Assembly (NCBI GenBank): GCA_963707985.1
Contig: CAVPRW010000020.1
Coordinates: 1-64,000, forward strand
Origin: an uncultured Nitrospinota bacterium
GTDB taxonomy: Bacteria > Tectomicrobia > Entotheonellia > J063 > CAVPRW01
Length of the DNA stretch: 64,000 bases
Direction: 5' to 3'
In this document: piece by piece, positions 1 through 10,600 of the stretch
Layout of the letters: each line of letters starts with the position of its first letter
How positions within the stretch are numbered: the first letter of the stretch is position 1
The notes under the pieces: generated by a model
What the model was told of the DNA's origin: nothing
The model's database searches: none
The model's input: only the letters and a program-made list of their open reading frames with translations
Position numbers and translations under genes: made by a program

Positions 1-20
1 AGCTGTATGGCGCTGACGAA

Positions 21-1043
21 ATGGCTCCCCTCTGGGCAGGTGCCCAGGAGGACGAGGCCAAGGAGGAGAGGGAATCCGCAGCGGGCGATGACGACCTGGT
101 GCGCCGGTATCTTTCCGAAATGGGTGGCTTCGCTCGCCTCACACCGGCGGAGGAAGTTGCCTTAGCGAAGAGAATCGAACACGGCCGAGGCGGCAAACGC
201 CAGCATCCGTCGAGCCGCCGACCATCCCTCCACAAACGTACCCAAGAGGCGGAGGAAGCGCAGGGAACACGCTGGACTGACCGACTTGACTCGGAGCAAG
301 CTCGCGCGCATATGATTGGCGCCAATTTGCGCCTCGTGGTCAGTATCGCCAAGCAGTTTTCCGGGCGTGGACTGATGCTTCTAGACCTCATCCAGGAGGG
401 TAACCTCGGGCTTATGAAGGCGGTGGATCGCTTTGATTGGCGGCGGGGATGCCGCTTTGGGACATATGCAAGCTGGTGGATCAAGCAGTCGGTCAGCCGG
501 GCCATCAGCGATCAAGGGCGGGTCCTACGGCTGCCTGCTCATATCGCGGACAGTATTAGTCGTGTGCAGCGCATGCGGCAAATGTGGCTGCAGCTGTATG
601 GAGGAGAACCTACAGCATGCGAGCTGTCGAAGCTGGCGCAGGTGACAGAAGAACGCCTCGCACAGATCGATCAACTCACTGCCCCCTCGTTATCACTCGA
701 TTGGTTGCTCTCTGACGGAGAACGTACTGTGGGCGATCAACTGCCCGACGAAACCTATCTCCCGCGCATTGATGTCTTGATGGATCGCGAGCGCGACCAT
801 TTCTTACACCGCTCCCTGAGCGAATTGTCCGCGCGCGAACGTCGTGTACTATGTATGCACTTCGGCATCGGGCACCAACGGGAATACACCCTGGAAGAAA
901 TTGGTCGCAAATTTTGCTTGACTCGCGAACGTATCCGTCAAATCGAGGTCAAGGCGCTGAAGAAATTACGCCAGCCCGGTCAATGTCGTCTGCTAGAGGA
1001 ATGTTCGGGCATGTCGCATCTACATCTCCATCATGACCCATGA
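21..1043 (+). CDS. RNA polymerase sigma-70 factor, RpoD/RpoS-like (frame open to the window edge, so the start may lie upstream)
   Basis: Region 1.2 (YLSEMG..LTPAEEVALAKRIE), region 2 (ANLRLVVSIAK, DLIQEGNLGLMKAVDRFD, YASWWIKQ), region 4 (TLEEIG..TRERIRQIEVKALKKLR). Confidence 0.93.
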   Translation: MAPLWAGAQEDEAKEERESAAGDDDLVRRYLSEMGGFARLTPAEEVALAKRIEHGRGGKRQHPSSRRPSLHKRTQEAEEAQGTRWTDRLDSEQARAHMIGANLRLVVSIAKQFSGRGLMLLDLIQEGNLGLMKAVDRFDWRRGCRFGTYASWWIKQSVSRAISDQGRVLRLPAHIADSISRVQRMRQMWLQLYGGEPTACELSKLAQVTEERLAQIDQLTAPSLSLDWLLSDGERTVGDQLPDETYLPRIDVLMDRERDHFLHRSLSELSARERRVLCMHFGIGHQREYTLEEIGRKFCLTRERIRQIEVKALKKLRQPGQCRLLEECSGMSHLHLHHDP

Positions 1044-1203
1044 GCAGCATGGAGTGAGTGCCCGCCTTCACTGGCTGCTGTGGCCCGTGTGATCCCCTCA
1101 CCGCCTGCCGGAACCCCTACCACCGCACCGACTGACCCTGAGGGACAGATGCCTTTGCACCCACCTGATCGCTGGGCTGGGGTGCGACCATCATCCGCAC
1201 GCC

Positions 1204-2001
1204 TTATCGATGCTTGAGTTTGACCTGCATGGAAATCATCTCCCCAGTGCTCTCTAGCATGGACAGGGGAGCCACGACATAGCTTGCCGGTTGTGGACTA
1301 GCACTATCGACCTCCAACAACAAATCTTTTGCCCCCTTGAGGTGGGCCAGTACAGCCAGGCGCGCCGTGTCCTCTGTCGACAATACCTGCAGATGCGGTG
1401 AGGGTGAAAGCGTAATCCCCGACAACGGCGTGGGGGAAAGCATTACCCAAATGCCCTCCTGGCCAAAATTGTCGTCGCATTGGATATAGGCATCAGGCGG
1501 GACTTCATAGCGTGTCCTAGCCCCGACAAAATTGTCCCCTGGGGAGACGGCCGGATGCGGAAAGAGAACCTGCAAACGACCTGTTGAGGCCATATTGATG
1601 ACATAGAGGTAACCACTCCAGTTACTTTCGATGTTGAGCTGGACGCGATCGCCACGACGGAAGAGCCGGTCGGTGGTTACACGTGTGCGCTGCCCAGCAC
1701 CGTCGATCAGCTCTACCCAGTAGGAAAAGCCTATATACCGTTCCCTCTGGGGTGTGGACGGGGTCCCGGCCTCGGTCTTCGAGCTGGCGGGCTGCAGCAT
1801 CCGATGGGCAGGCACGGCGGCGTCAGGGGTTTCCACGACAACAGTTGGACCTTCACCACTGACGAAAATCGCCTTTGCCCCGCTGCTTTCTGCTCCTCCC
1901 AAATCGGCACGGAACAGGCCAGCAGCCACCATAACCCATATAAAACCTGGCGTGCTCATCCGCTGCCACCTCGTCAGCTGTGTCTTCAAATCCCTACTCA
2001 T
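1204..2001 (-). CDS. DUF4384-domain exported/membrane-anchored protein
   Basis: N-terminal hydrophobic segment; FRRGDRVQLNIESNWSGYLYVIN..STG..VLFP pattern typical of DUF4384. Confidence 0.7.
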   Translation of the reverse strand: MSRDLKTQLTRWQRMSTPGFIWVMVAAGLFRADLGGAESSGAKAIFVSGEGPTVVVETPDAAVPAHRMLQPASSKTEAGTPSTPQRERYIGFSYWVELIDGAGQRTRVTTDRLFRRGDRVQLNIESNWSGYLYVINMASTGRLQVLFPHPAVSPGDNFVGARTRYEVPPDAYIQCDDNFGQEGIWVMLSPTPLSGITLSPSPHLQVLSTEDTARLAVLAHLKGAKDLLLEVDSASPQPASYVVAPLSMLESTGEMISMQVKLKHR

Positions 2002-2366
2002 ATGTCACCCTCCCCTGGTGTCACCGTTGCCCGAGTGTCCCCATCTGATAGAGAAGTTATGAAATAGATAATATAGATCATAAATAATATATTTACACGT
2101 TAAATGGTCTCTAAGATCTTTTCGAAGTAGATGTGATAGGACCGGGGAAACCTCCGCGGCAAGCTCTGCAAACCCCTGCTCATCGTTGGCATCTCCACTG
2201 ATTTCTCATTTGATCTTCCATGTCGAACAACGTATACTCCTCCATTACTCATCGCGTTGGCCGGCCAACACAGGCACCATGCAAAGACTAGCACCACCCA
2301 GGGGTATTTCGGGGTTCGCCGATATTGAGGGCGAGACGGGGTGCCACTAAAGATTGAGGGTAACCA

Positions 2367-3031
2367 GTGATTCTCGATATGCATGTTCACACCACTGTCG
2401 GATCGTACGACAGCAACCTCTCGCCGCTCGACCTCATTCACCACGGCAAAGCCGCGGGCCTTGACGGTGTTGTGGTGACAGAGCATGATCGCGGCTGGGA
2501 TCGTGACCTGGCCCGTCAACTCACCCGCGAGTATGAGTTTCTCATCTTGTGTGGCATGGAAGTGACCACCGACCTCGGTCATATCCTGGTGTATGGCTTG
2601 GAAGAGTATGTCTCCGGCATTCTCTATGCCGAAACCCTGCGTAAGGTTGTCGACAAGATCGATGCGGTCATGTTCGCAGCGCATCCCTACCGCAAGGCCT
2701 TTGTCAACACCAATGGCCGTTGGGATGCCCGCCGCCCACATTGACGGTTGGGGAGGCGGCGGATCGGACCATCGTGAGGTGCGTCGATGGCCTGGAGGTC
2801 TATAACGGGGCTACCGGTGATCGTGAAAACGCCATGGCCATGGCGGTGAGAGACCACGTCGGGTTACGCGGCATTGGCGGCAGTGACGCCCATTCTGAGC
2901 ATGGCCTGGGGTGCTGTGCCACCGAGTTCGAACGACCCATCCGGAACGAACGCGAGTTGATCGAGGAGTTGCGAGCCGGTCGCTTCCGGGCCATTAATCG
3001 CTTGCAACAATCTCCAGGAGTTGGTCCCTAA
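2367..3031 (+). pseudogene. PHP-domain metal-dependent phosphoesterase, frameshifted near 2725-2740 (real lesion or sequencing indel)
   Basis: DMHVHT, TEHD, GMEVTT..GH and AHPYR lie in ORF 2367-2744; LEVYNG and GGSDAH lie in ORF 2720-3031; one extra base rejoins them. Confidence 0.8.
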
Positions 3032-3074
3032 CCGCCCCAGGTTGCGGAGCATGGCTGTGATGACGGAGCGCACG

Positions 3075-3950
3075 ATGGCACGAGAGCTGCCGGCTGAAGA
3101 ATATCGGGTCGAGCATGAGCCTTTTTATCTGCCGGTCGGCGACGAAGTTGAGGTCTTTCGTGCCGCTTTTCTATGCCGACTTCCGGTACTGCTGAAAGGA
3201 CCCACCGGTTGTGGCAAGACGCGCTTCGTGGAGTACATGGCGTATCAACTTGGCCTGACGCGCCAACACGCTTCGACAGGGGAAGAGTCAAGTGGCCACA
3301 ATGGGCATCCAGGTGGGTTGCCATTGATCACCGTTTCCTGCCATGAAGATTTAACCGCTAGCGACTTGGTCGGGCGTTATCTTTTGCAGGGGGATGAGAC
3401 GGTCTGGATCGATGGTCCCCTGACACGGGCCGCCCGCAACGGTGCCATGTGCTATCTCGATGAAATCGTCGAAGCGCGCAAAGACACGACGGTGCTAATT
3501 CACGCACTGACCGACCATCGACGGTTGCTCCCGATCGAAAAACGCGGCGAAGTGCTTGAGGCACATGAAAATTTCCAGCTAATTATCTCCTATAATCCTG
3601 GCTATCAAAGCGTCATCAAAGACCTCAAACACAGCACCCGGCAGCGTTTTGTGGCGATCGAATTCGACTATCCGCGGCGCGAGCTTGAAGCCGATATCAT
3701 CGCCCATGAAAGCGGCGTCGAGCCGGACCTGGCGCTCGAACTGGCGCGCATTGGAGAAAAGGTCCGAAATTTACGCGATCACGGCCTGGAGGAGGGGGTC
3801 AGCACACGGTTGCTGATCTATACTGGCCAATTGGTAACCCAAGGGATTCCAGCCCATCGCGCCTGCCAGCTCGCCATCACGAAAGCCATCACCGATGACC
3901 TCGAAGCGCAACGAGCGGTGGATGAAATCATCTCGACGATCCTTCCCTAA
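3075..3950 (+). CDS. CbbQ/NirQ/NorQ-family AAA+ ATPase
   Basis: Walker [21 protein letters not shown], Walker [29 protein letters not shown] before ATG 3075. Confidence 0.93.
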   Translation: MARELPAEEYRVEHEPFYLPVGDEVEVFRAAFLCRLPVLLKGPTGCGKTRFVEYMAYQLGLTRQHASTGEESSGHNGHPGGLPLITVSCHEDLTASDLVGRYLLQGDETVWIDGPLTRAARNGAMCYLDEIVEARKDTTVLIHALTDHRRLLPIEKRGEVLEAHENFQLIISYNPGYQSVIKDLKHSTRQRFVAIEFDYPRRELEADIIAHESGVEPDLALELARIGEKVRNLRDHGLEEGVSTRLLIYTGQLVTQGIPAHRACQLAITKAITDDLEAQRAVDEIISTILP

Positions 3951-4022
3951 GTGCCCTCGGGCCTCCGTTTCTGTGCAGGCCCCCCGGCGTGCTGGTCACC
4001 ATCACCCCCGTGTGGCTTCCAC

Positions 4023-7000
4023 ATGACTCCCGATGCCGAGAACGTTTGGGCCCATCGTCTAGAAGCCATCTCGCACGTGTGCGGAAATGCCTTCCGCGCT
4101 GTCGTGCCCCACATGACACTCCTGCTTGATACCACAGCCTTTGACCGGTGGGTGGGGCAAGGGTTTGCCTTAGCCCAGACGACCTGGCGCGGTGGGGAGT
4201 GTGCCACATGGTATTTCAGACTCAGCCCGCAACTCCTCGCCCACCTCGATCTCGATGCCGTCGTCCAGCTTGTGGAATCGACGCTACGGGCCATGCACGT
4301 GTCTCCGCAGCTCGGCATCGAGCTGCTACGGGCAGCGGCACGCTTCGTCGAATGCCATCACCAAGTCAGCTTGCACGATTGGGTGGCCATGGGAGAACGT
4401 CTAGCACCAGTGGGGCGGAGTGGTCGATTGGCAGAGGCCTATTTTGAAGTCAGCCCGGAGGTGCTGTTGCTGACCGGGTTGAGTGAATTCCAGGAATGGA
4501 CTGGACTCGTACAGACACTGGCCACGACCACGGAGGTGTTGGCGCTGGACTTCTTGCGTCAGAGTCCCGTACGCCTGGAGCACATTCCCCCGCAGGCTCG
4601 CCTCAAAGCCTTGCGTCTGGCTCAGACGATGGCCAGGCTTGCGCCCACGACAAGCATGGACGTGTTGAGAACCATGCCTAATGCTCTGCATGCAGTTGCT
4701 ACTGTGCTGCATGATCGTCTCCTTGACCTGGCCCTTCGTGTCGCCGATGCCGCTCCACGCCATTTGGATCACCTGCTCAAAGCCATGCTCCGCCTGATGC
4801 AGGAGCTTCCCGAAGCGGAACAGGAAGTGATACTCGAGCAAAGCCTGAGGGTTGCACTGGTCGACGCCGAAGCCGGGACACTCTTGTGTGGACACTTACC
4901 CGCGGTGCTGGGCCAGTTGGTCGCGCAGGACGTCGAGGTGTGGGTCACTCAGGGCCTGGAGATATTGCGGGACAATCGGGACGGCGGCCTAGCCTATTTT
5001 GCCCAAGAGTCACAGGCCAGCCAAACCTCCCTTGCGGCGTTGGGACGCATCGCCTATTTATGGTCTGTGCAAGGCGTGTTGCGGCTCTATGCGTCTGCAC
5101 TTGCTGGACGGTCCCTTAGCGTTCGCCCGCTGGCAGAACTTCCCCCGGTTCTTCGGAGTGGGCTGCGTCAGTTTCCCACTATGGATGGCGAGACCGTCTA
5201 TCTCCCGGAGAGCGCCGATCGGTTTGGCTCCCGCCAGGAAAACTTCCAGCTGTTCCTGGTGATGACGGCCCACCAGGCGGGTTATCTGGAGTTCGCCACC
5301 TTTAGCTTCGAGCTGGATGTCATGGTCGGCTACCTTGGGACGACAGGCGCGGCACCACACCTGCCGGCCTGGCAAGAGCCTTTCGCTCCACCCGCTTCCC
5401 CACGTTCCGATTTCGAGCGCTTCTTTGCCGGCTTCGCGCGTCCAGCGGTGGCGCGAGATATTTTCTACTGTTTGGAAGACGGCCGAGTCGATTATCTTTT
5501 GCGCCAGACATATCGCGGCCTGGCACCGCATATTGAGCGTATCATTCGCGATGGTTTGTCGTCGCGCCCACCGTTGGCAGGATGTCCCCTGTGGGTCGCA
5601 GTCCTGGAAGTGCTGCTACACCTCTGCTGTACAGGGACGTTGGCGCTCACCATACCGTCCATGCTGGTACCACTGGCGCGCTTTCTCCGCGGGATGGCCG
5701 CTCGTGTACGGCACCCCAAGGCCACGGTCTATGATTCGGCGATAGCCACAATTGAGGTCTATCATCTCCTGGAACAGCTGCCGAACGTGCGTGTGACGTC
5801 CCTGGACGCTGCGGTCATGGATGGAGAGGTGGTGATGCTGGGTGAGGCGTGGTCGAAAGAGACTGCGGCCGAGGACTTCCAACAGATGTTGCCGCCGATT
5901 CCAGCAGGTGAGGAAGTATCGTATCAGAGCCCAGCCCCTTTGCCACACCAAGGCGAGCTCAAGCCCGACCTGGTCCAGCGTAAGCTGAAAGTCAAAGAGC
6001 TAAGCGATAAGCTCGACCAATTCGCCAAGACGGCCATGCCCATCTCCCCTGAATTGTTGCGCGAGCTGCTAGAGCAAGGAGTGGATATCGATATCCAGGG
6101 GACCATTGCACAGGAGCAGGATGACACCTCCGGCCTGTTTGTGTCAGACCTCGAAGATAAAGGCCTCAGCGAGCGTGTGGCGCCTCGGCCCACGCAGCCT
6201 AACGCCGACCCTGAGCGCATCCGCGAGCAGCTCCGCCAGGAGTTGAACCAGCTCGATGGTGCCGAGGTCGTCTATCGGTATGACGAATGGGACTATTTGA
6301 TGCGCGACTACCGCGTGCAGTGGTGTGTGTTACGGGAGAAACCGGTGGATGGGGCGGAAGGGGGATTCGTCGCCGGTGTGCTGCACGAGGACGCAGCGTT
6401 GATCGGCCAGATGCGCAAGCAATTTCAGTTACTCAGACCAGAAATGTTTAAAAAGCTCAAACGCCGTGATCACGGGGAAGACATCGATATCGACGCCGCC
6501 ATCGAAGGCTTTGTTGACCGACGTATCACCGGTGTTGCCCCCGAACGCGTCTATACCAAGCGCGATAAGCGAGACCGGGAAGTGTGCACCATCTTTCTCC
6601 TCGACCTCAGCGCTTCGACGGATGATCCCATTGAGAAGCCGGCACCAATCGCTGCCTCGTCAATCAGAGGTCAGCCGCCGCAGGCCCTTCGCGCGGCATC
6701 CTCCGGCCTGGCTGAAGACGAAAGCGTCTATGCCCCCCCCTTCACTGCCAACACGCACAAGCCCCAGGCCAAGCGCATTATCGACGTGGAAAAAGAGGCC
6801 CTGATCGTCATGGCTGAGGCGCTGGAGTCTATCGGGGATGAATATGCCATCTACGGGTTCTCGGGGTATGGCCGCGACAACGTCGAGTTCTTTGTCGTAA
6901 AGGATGTCGAGGAGCGTTATTCCGAGTCTGTCAAACACCGCATCGATGTGCTCAAACCCTATCGCAGCACGCGCATGGGACCGCCGATCCGACATGCGAT

Positions 7001-7298
7001 TCAAAAGCTCAACCGGCAGCCGGCGCGCCTGAAGACCTTGATTCTCCTATCCGACGGCTATCCACAGGATTTTGACTACGGCAAGGATCGACGCGGTAAG
7101 GAATATGGCATTCAAGATACCAAGGTCGCACTGCAGGAGGCTCGCCGCAAAGGCATTCATACTTTTTGCATTACGGTCGACCGCGAGGGTAAGTCCTATC
7201 TTCCTGAGATGTGCGGCGTAGGGAAGTTTATCGTGATCGAGAATGTGGCGCAGTTGCCGCGGCTCTTGCCGAAAATCTATCGCGGTCTGACAACCTGA
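4023..7298 (+). CDS. Large NorD/CbbO-like von Willebrand A domain adaptor (~1090 aa)
   Basis: YDEWDY, DIDAAI, MIDAS LLDLSAST, STRMGPPIRHA, LSDGYPQD; adjacent to a CbbQ/NorQ ATPase. Confidence 0.88.
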   Translation: MTPDAENVWAHRLEAISHVCGNAFRAVVPHMTLLLDTTAFDRWVGQGFALAQTTWRGGECATWYFRLSPQLLAHLDLDAVVQLVESTLRAMHVSPQLGIELLRAAARFVECHHQVSLHDWVAMGERLAPVGRSGRLAEAYFEVSPEVLLLTGLSEFQEWTGLVQTLATTTEVLALDFLRQSPVRLEHIPPQARLKALRLAQTMARLAPTTSMDVLRTMPNALHAVATVLHDRLLDLALRVADAAPRHLDHLLKAMLRLMQELPEAEQEVILEQSLRVALVDAEAGTLLCGHLPAVLGQLVAQDVEVWVTQGLEILRDNRDGGLAYFAQESQASQTSLAALGRIAYLWSVQGVLRLYASALAGRSLSVRPLAELPPVLRSGLRQFPTMDGETVYLPESADRFGSRQENFQLFLVMTAHQAGYLEFATFSFELDVMVGYLGTTGAAPHLPAWQEPFAPPASPRSDFERFFAGFARPAVARDIFYCLEDGRVDYLLRQTYRGLAPHIERIIRDGLSSRPPLAGCPLWVAVLEVLLHLCCTGTLALTIPSMLVPLARFLRGMAARVRHPKATVYDSAIATIEVYHLLEQLPNVRVTSLDAAVMDGEVVMLGEAWSKETAAEDFQQMLPPIPAGEEVSYQSPAPLPHQGELKPDLVQRKLKVKELSDKLDQFAKTAMPISPELLRELLEQGVDIDIQGTIAQEQDDTSGLFVSDLEDKGLSERVAPRPTQPNADPERIREQLRQELNQLDGAEVVYRYDEWDYLMRDYRVQWCVLREKPVDGAEGGFVAGVLHEDAALIGQMRKQFQLLRPEMFKKLKRRDHGEDIDIDAAIEGFVDRRITGVAPERVYTKRDKRDREVCTIFLLDLSASTDDPIEKPAPIAASSIRGQPPQALRAASSGLAEDESVYAPPFTANTHKPQAKRIIDVEKEALIVMAEALESIGDEYAIYGFSGYGRDNVEFFVVKDVEERYSESVKHRIDVLKPYRSTRMGPPIRHAIQKLNRQPARLKTLILLSDGYPQDFDYGKDRRGKEYGIQDTKVALQEARRKGIHTFCITVDREGKSYLPEMCGVGKFIVIENVAQLPRLLPKIYRGLTT

Positions 7299-7383
7299 AA
7301 AACGGGACTTTACGGCGAGGACTGAGGACCACGTTGGGGAAGTACTAGGCTCAGACCTCATCGCTCTTGTATGGGAGAGGTGG

Positions 7384-7995
7384 ATGACGGGACAAATCCC
7401 AGTGATTGGGCTCACCGGCGGCATCGGCACGGGGAAGAGCACCGTGACGCAAATGCTCGAAGAGTTGGGGATGGCGGTCATCGATGCCGACCAGATCGGC
7501 CATCAAATCTACCAACCCGATCTGCCGGCCTGGCATGAGATCGTCCACACCTTTGGACCAGAGGTCTTGAACGCTGACCGCACCATCAATCGGCAGGCCC
7601 TGGGAAAACTCGTCTTCGCCGACCCTGAGGCCTTGCGTACCCTCAATCGCATTGTCCATCCCAAAATGTTCGACCGCATGGTTGAGCTGATCGCGGCCAT
7701 GCGCGCGCACGGCGCGATGAAAGCCATCGTGGTGGAGGCGGCAGTGTTGATCGAGGCCAACTGGATGGATCTGGTGGACCAGGTGTGGGTCGTGGTGGCA
7801 TCAGAAGCGGTCGTGGTCGATCGACTGGCGAAACAGCGCCATCTCTCTCCCGAACAGGTCCGTACCCGCATCGCCGCCCAGCTCTCCAACGACGAACGCC
7901 TCAAGCATGCTGACGTCGTGATTCGCAACGACGGCTCGCTGGAAGAAGTTCGTCACGCCGTGCAACAGGCGTGGGATCAACTGGTAGGGACCTGA
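7384..7995 (+). CDS. coaE: Dephospho-CoA kinase
   Basis: IGLTGGIGTGKST, IDAD, LNRIVHP, RIAAQ, ADVVIRNDGS. Confidence 0.96.
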   Translation: MTGQIPVIGLTGGIGTGKSTVTQMLEELGMAVIDADQIGHQIYQPDLPAWHEIVHTFGPEVLNADRTINRQALGKLVFADPEALRTLNRIVHPKMFDRMVELIAAMRAHGAMKAIVVEAAVLIEANWMDLVDQVWVVVASEAVVVDRLAKQRHLSPEQVRTRIAAQLSNDERLKHADVVIRNDGSLEEVRHAVQQAWDQLVGT

Positions 7996-8362
7996 GAGCA
8001 CTGACGCTGGGGGTCAGTTGCCCGCGTGACATAGCATAGCTGTCAAGTGGAACGAAATAAGAGAGTGTTCGTACAGCGATCGATGCGAATCTCGCCAGTC
8101 ATTGGTCTGAAAGGTAAAACAGGAAAAATCCCGGCTGATACGGCGCTAGGCTGTCTCTCCATGAAAAGTCAACAGGTTGCAAAACTCCGGTCTATCGACC
8201 TGTGAACACTCTCCATCATTTTTTTGTCGGTACGGCTTTTGCGCTTGACCACAAGGGATATAGGGAGCCGAGCGCCTTTGTGGAGCATCACATGGGCATG
8301 CCATCCACAGCAGAGCGTGCGCTATTCCTCATATATGACACTGCTACAGGGAGAAACTGCTC

Positions 8363-10306
8363 ATGAGCGAACAACCATCTTCGCACAGTGTCCACAGCGT
8401 GCGCGCAGGAGAGGCGTTGGCGGGCATCGCCAGGCAGCACAGCATCTCATTGCGAGAGCTGCTGGACGCTAATCCCGACATCACCAATCCTAACCTTATC
8501 CGCGTCGGACAACAACTCCGCATCCCCTCGGGTCCTGGTACGGCCACTGCTAGTGGTGAAGGCACACCGTTGGAGGTATATACTATAGAGTCAGGCGACA
8601 CGCTGTCGGCGATTGCCTTGCAACGCCATATCACGCTGGACGCGCTGCTCAACGTCAATCCTCAGTTGACGAGCCCTAATGCGCTCCGTATCGGCCAGCA
8701 GATTTTTATCCCGCTGGGGCAGCCAGTAGCGCCACCTGAGCCCAATGTGACGAACGATGAGGGCGACCAGGAGGCACATGACCATTCGAACGCGATCCTT
8801 GTGACGTTTCAACCTACGGGGGCTTCGGACAAAACGGCGCGCCAGGATAGTCTGCCGCAGCGTGGGATCACAGGCGTGCGCGCCTCCGAGCTGATGGCCA
8901 AAACCGACCGCGACCGCGTGATGAAGCACAAAGGGAAGTTCGAGGTTGCGGCGCGCCGCTTTGGGCTGCCGCCCGCACTATTGGCGGCCATCGCCAGCCG
9001 TGAGAGTCGGGGCGGTGCAGCGCTCGACCAGCAGGGTGAGGGGGATCAGGGGCACGGTTTTGGCCTGATGCAGGTGGATAACCGCAATCCCTTCGCCGTA
9101 GTGCATGATGGCGGGCCCTTCGGTCAGCCGCACATCAACCAAGCCACCGAAATCCTCCATGACAAGCTCACAACGGTCAGGCGTCTCTTCCCGTCACTGC
9201 CTCCCACGCAGCACCTGCAAGCTGCAGTGTCACGCTATAATGGTGGCAGAGGGTTGCCGCCGCCCGACTCGGATAGCGGCACAACCGGTGGCGATTACAT
9301 GAATGATGTGTGGGCACGCGCACGCTTCTATGCGCATACGGAGACCTGGGCTGACAGCATGTCTCCGCTTGCAATGCCTCAGGGGACTGCTCCGTCCACT
9401 CCTGTGACCGCGCCAATATCCTCAGTGCCAACACCGCCCACCTCACAGCCTGCCCCGGTCGGAACCGTCACCTTCGTGCCGGCCCCGTTGCTCGACATCG
9501 TGCACAATGGTGGCGCCGTGCTGGAGCGCGGTCAGCAGGGTGAGTCTGTGCGCCACGTGCAACGGCTGCTTGGTGTCGATGCTGACGCCAAGTTCGGTAA
9601 AGACACGGAGACCGCCGTCATCAACTTCCAACGCACTCATACCACTGAGGACAGGTCCGAGGCCGAAGGCACAGTCGGCCAGGTAACGCTCGTAGCCTTG
9701 GAGAGGGAGGCCGAGTCGACTATCAACGCCCTCACGATGATTGATCCGCGCCAGAAGACGGGTGATCTCCACCCCGAGTTCCGCCGCCTCCTTGGACTGA
9801 TGGCTGCGGCGCTGACGAGGCGGGGCTTGCGCGCTACGATCTCCGAAGGGATGCGGACTTTTACCCACCAGGATGCAATCCACGCGCAGGGGCGTATGTC
9901 CCTGGCAGAGGTCAATAGACTGCGCACAGCCGCCGGGCTTGGCCCTATCCCGGAGAGCGAGAACGTTCAACGTACCGATAAGCGCGGGGGCTTCAGTAAC
10001 CACAATTATGGCCTGGCGGTTGACTTGTATCCTGTCGTCAACGGGCGTCTATTCACCGACGTTCCTGAAGACCCACAACTCGCCGCGCGCTTTAAGGAGA
10101 CGCAGCAGGCCATTGGTGAAGAGGCTGAGCGTGTCAATCTCACGTGGGGGGGGCGCTGGGTGAGGCTGCACGACACGCCACACGTGCAACTCTTTCCGCT
10201 GAATATATTAAGGCCCGAAGAGTGCAACCAAATCTTCCGCACGCATGGCGATGACATGGCCGCCGTCTGGGCGGAAGCGACCCACCTCCTCACGGAATTC
10301 GCCTGA
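8363..10306 (+). CDS. Modular peptidoglycan hydrolase: 2x LysM, goose-type (GH23) lysozyme, PG-binding domain, M15C-like endopeptidase
   Basis: Two LysM repeats (GEAL..IA, NP.I..PN.I.VGQ); SRESRGG..GD.G.GFGLMQVD; DAKFGKDTETAVINFQ; EGMRT..Q, SNHNYGLAVD, WGGRW..DTPHVQ. Confidence 0.9.
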   Translation: MSEQPSSHSVHSVRAGEALAGIARQHSISLRELLDANPDITNPNLIRVGQQLRIPSGPGTATASGEGTPLEVYTIESGDTLSAIALQRHITLDALLNVNPQLTSPNALRIGQQIFIPLGQPVAPPEPNVTNDEGDQEAHDHSNAILVTFQPTGASDKTARQDSLPQRGITGVRASELMAKTDRDRVMKHKGKFEVAARRFGLPPALLAAIASRESRGGAALDQQGEGDQGHGFGLMQVDNRNPFAVVHDGGPFGQPHINQATEILHDKLTTVRRLFPSLPPTQHLQAAVSRYNGGRGLPPPDSDSGTTGGDYMNDVWARARFYAHTETWADSMSPLAMPQGTAPSTPVTAPISSVPTPPTSQPAPVGTVTFVPAPLLDIVHNGGAVLERGQQGESVRHVQRLLGVDADAKFGKDTETAVINFQRTHTTEDRSEAEGTVGQVTLVALEREAESTINALTMIDPRQKTGDLHPEFRRLLGLMAAALTRRGLRATISEGMRTFTHQDAIHAQGRMSLAEVNRLRTAAGLGPIPESENVQRTDKRGGFSNHNYGLAVDLYPVVNGRLFTDVPEDPQLAARFKETQQAIGEEAERVNLTWGGRWVRLHDTPHVQLFPLNILRPEECNQIFRTHGDDMAAVWAEATHLLTEFA

Positions 10307-10324
10307 AGTGCTTAGGATCAGCGA

Positions 10325-10357
10325 GCCAACGGGCCTCGTGCACGAGCGCCCGTTGGC
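10325..10357 (+). terminator. Near-perfect palindrome after the hydrolase gene; likely terminator
   Basis: GCCAACGGGC-CTCGTG/CACGAG-C-GCCCGTTGGC. Confidence 0.55.
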
Positions 10358-10600
10358 ATTGACAAGCTGTGACCTATCGACATTATCAATTGACAGGAAG
10401 GTGCGCGATTGCCTGAGTCCTGACCCATATACCGCGGTAGGGAGCTTGGTGATTTCCTGCCAGGTTTCGAACCGTTGCCGCATCCCGTCCCGGTAGGCCG
10501 AGGCAGAGAAGCGATGCCGTTGCGGGCGAAAGTGCTGGGCAATAGGACCATACGCGGCAAGGAACCGCTGAGCATGCCCTGGGAACTTGAACCCAGTGAA
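10355..10600 (-). mobile_element. IS6-family remnant (transposase C-terminus and probable right end)
   Basis: GFKFPGHAQRFLAAYGPIAQHFRP..R..RFETWQEIT; GGCATTGACAAG resembles an IS6-type terminal IR. Confidence 0.7.

Noticed and set aside
2742..2744. Selenocysteine readthrough of the PHP TGA
   Set aside because: Conserved motifs continue in a different frame.
3075..7298. Evidence for carbon fixation or denitrification
   Set aside because: No Rubisco or norBC genes in the window; the chaperone pair alone is not diagnostic.
8363..10306. Prophage endolysin
   Set aside because: No holin, structural or replication genes adjacent.
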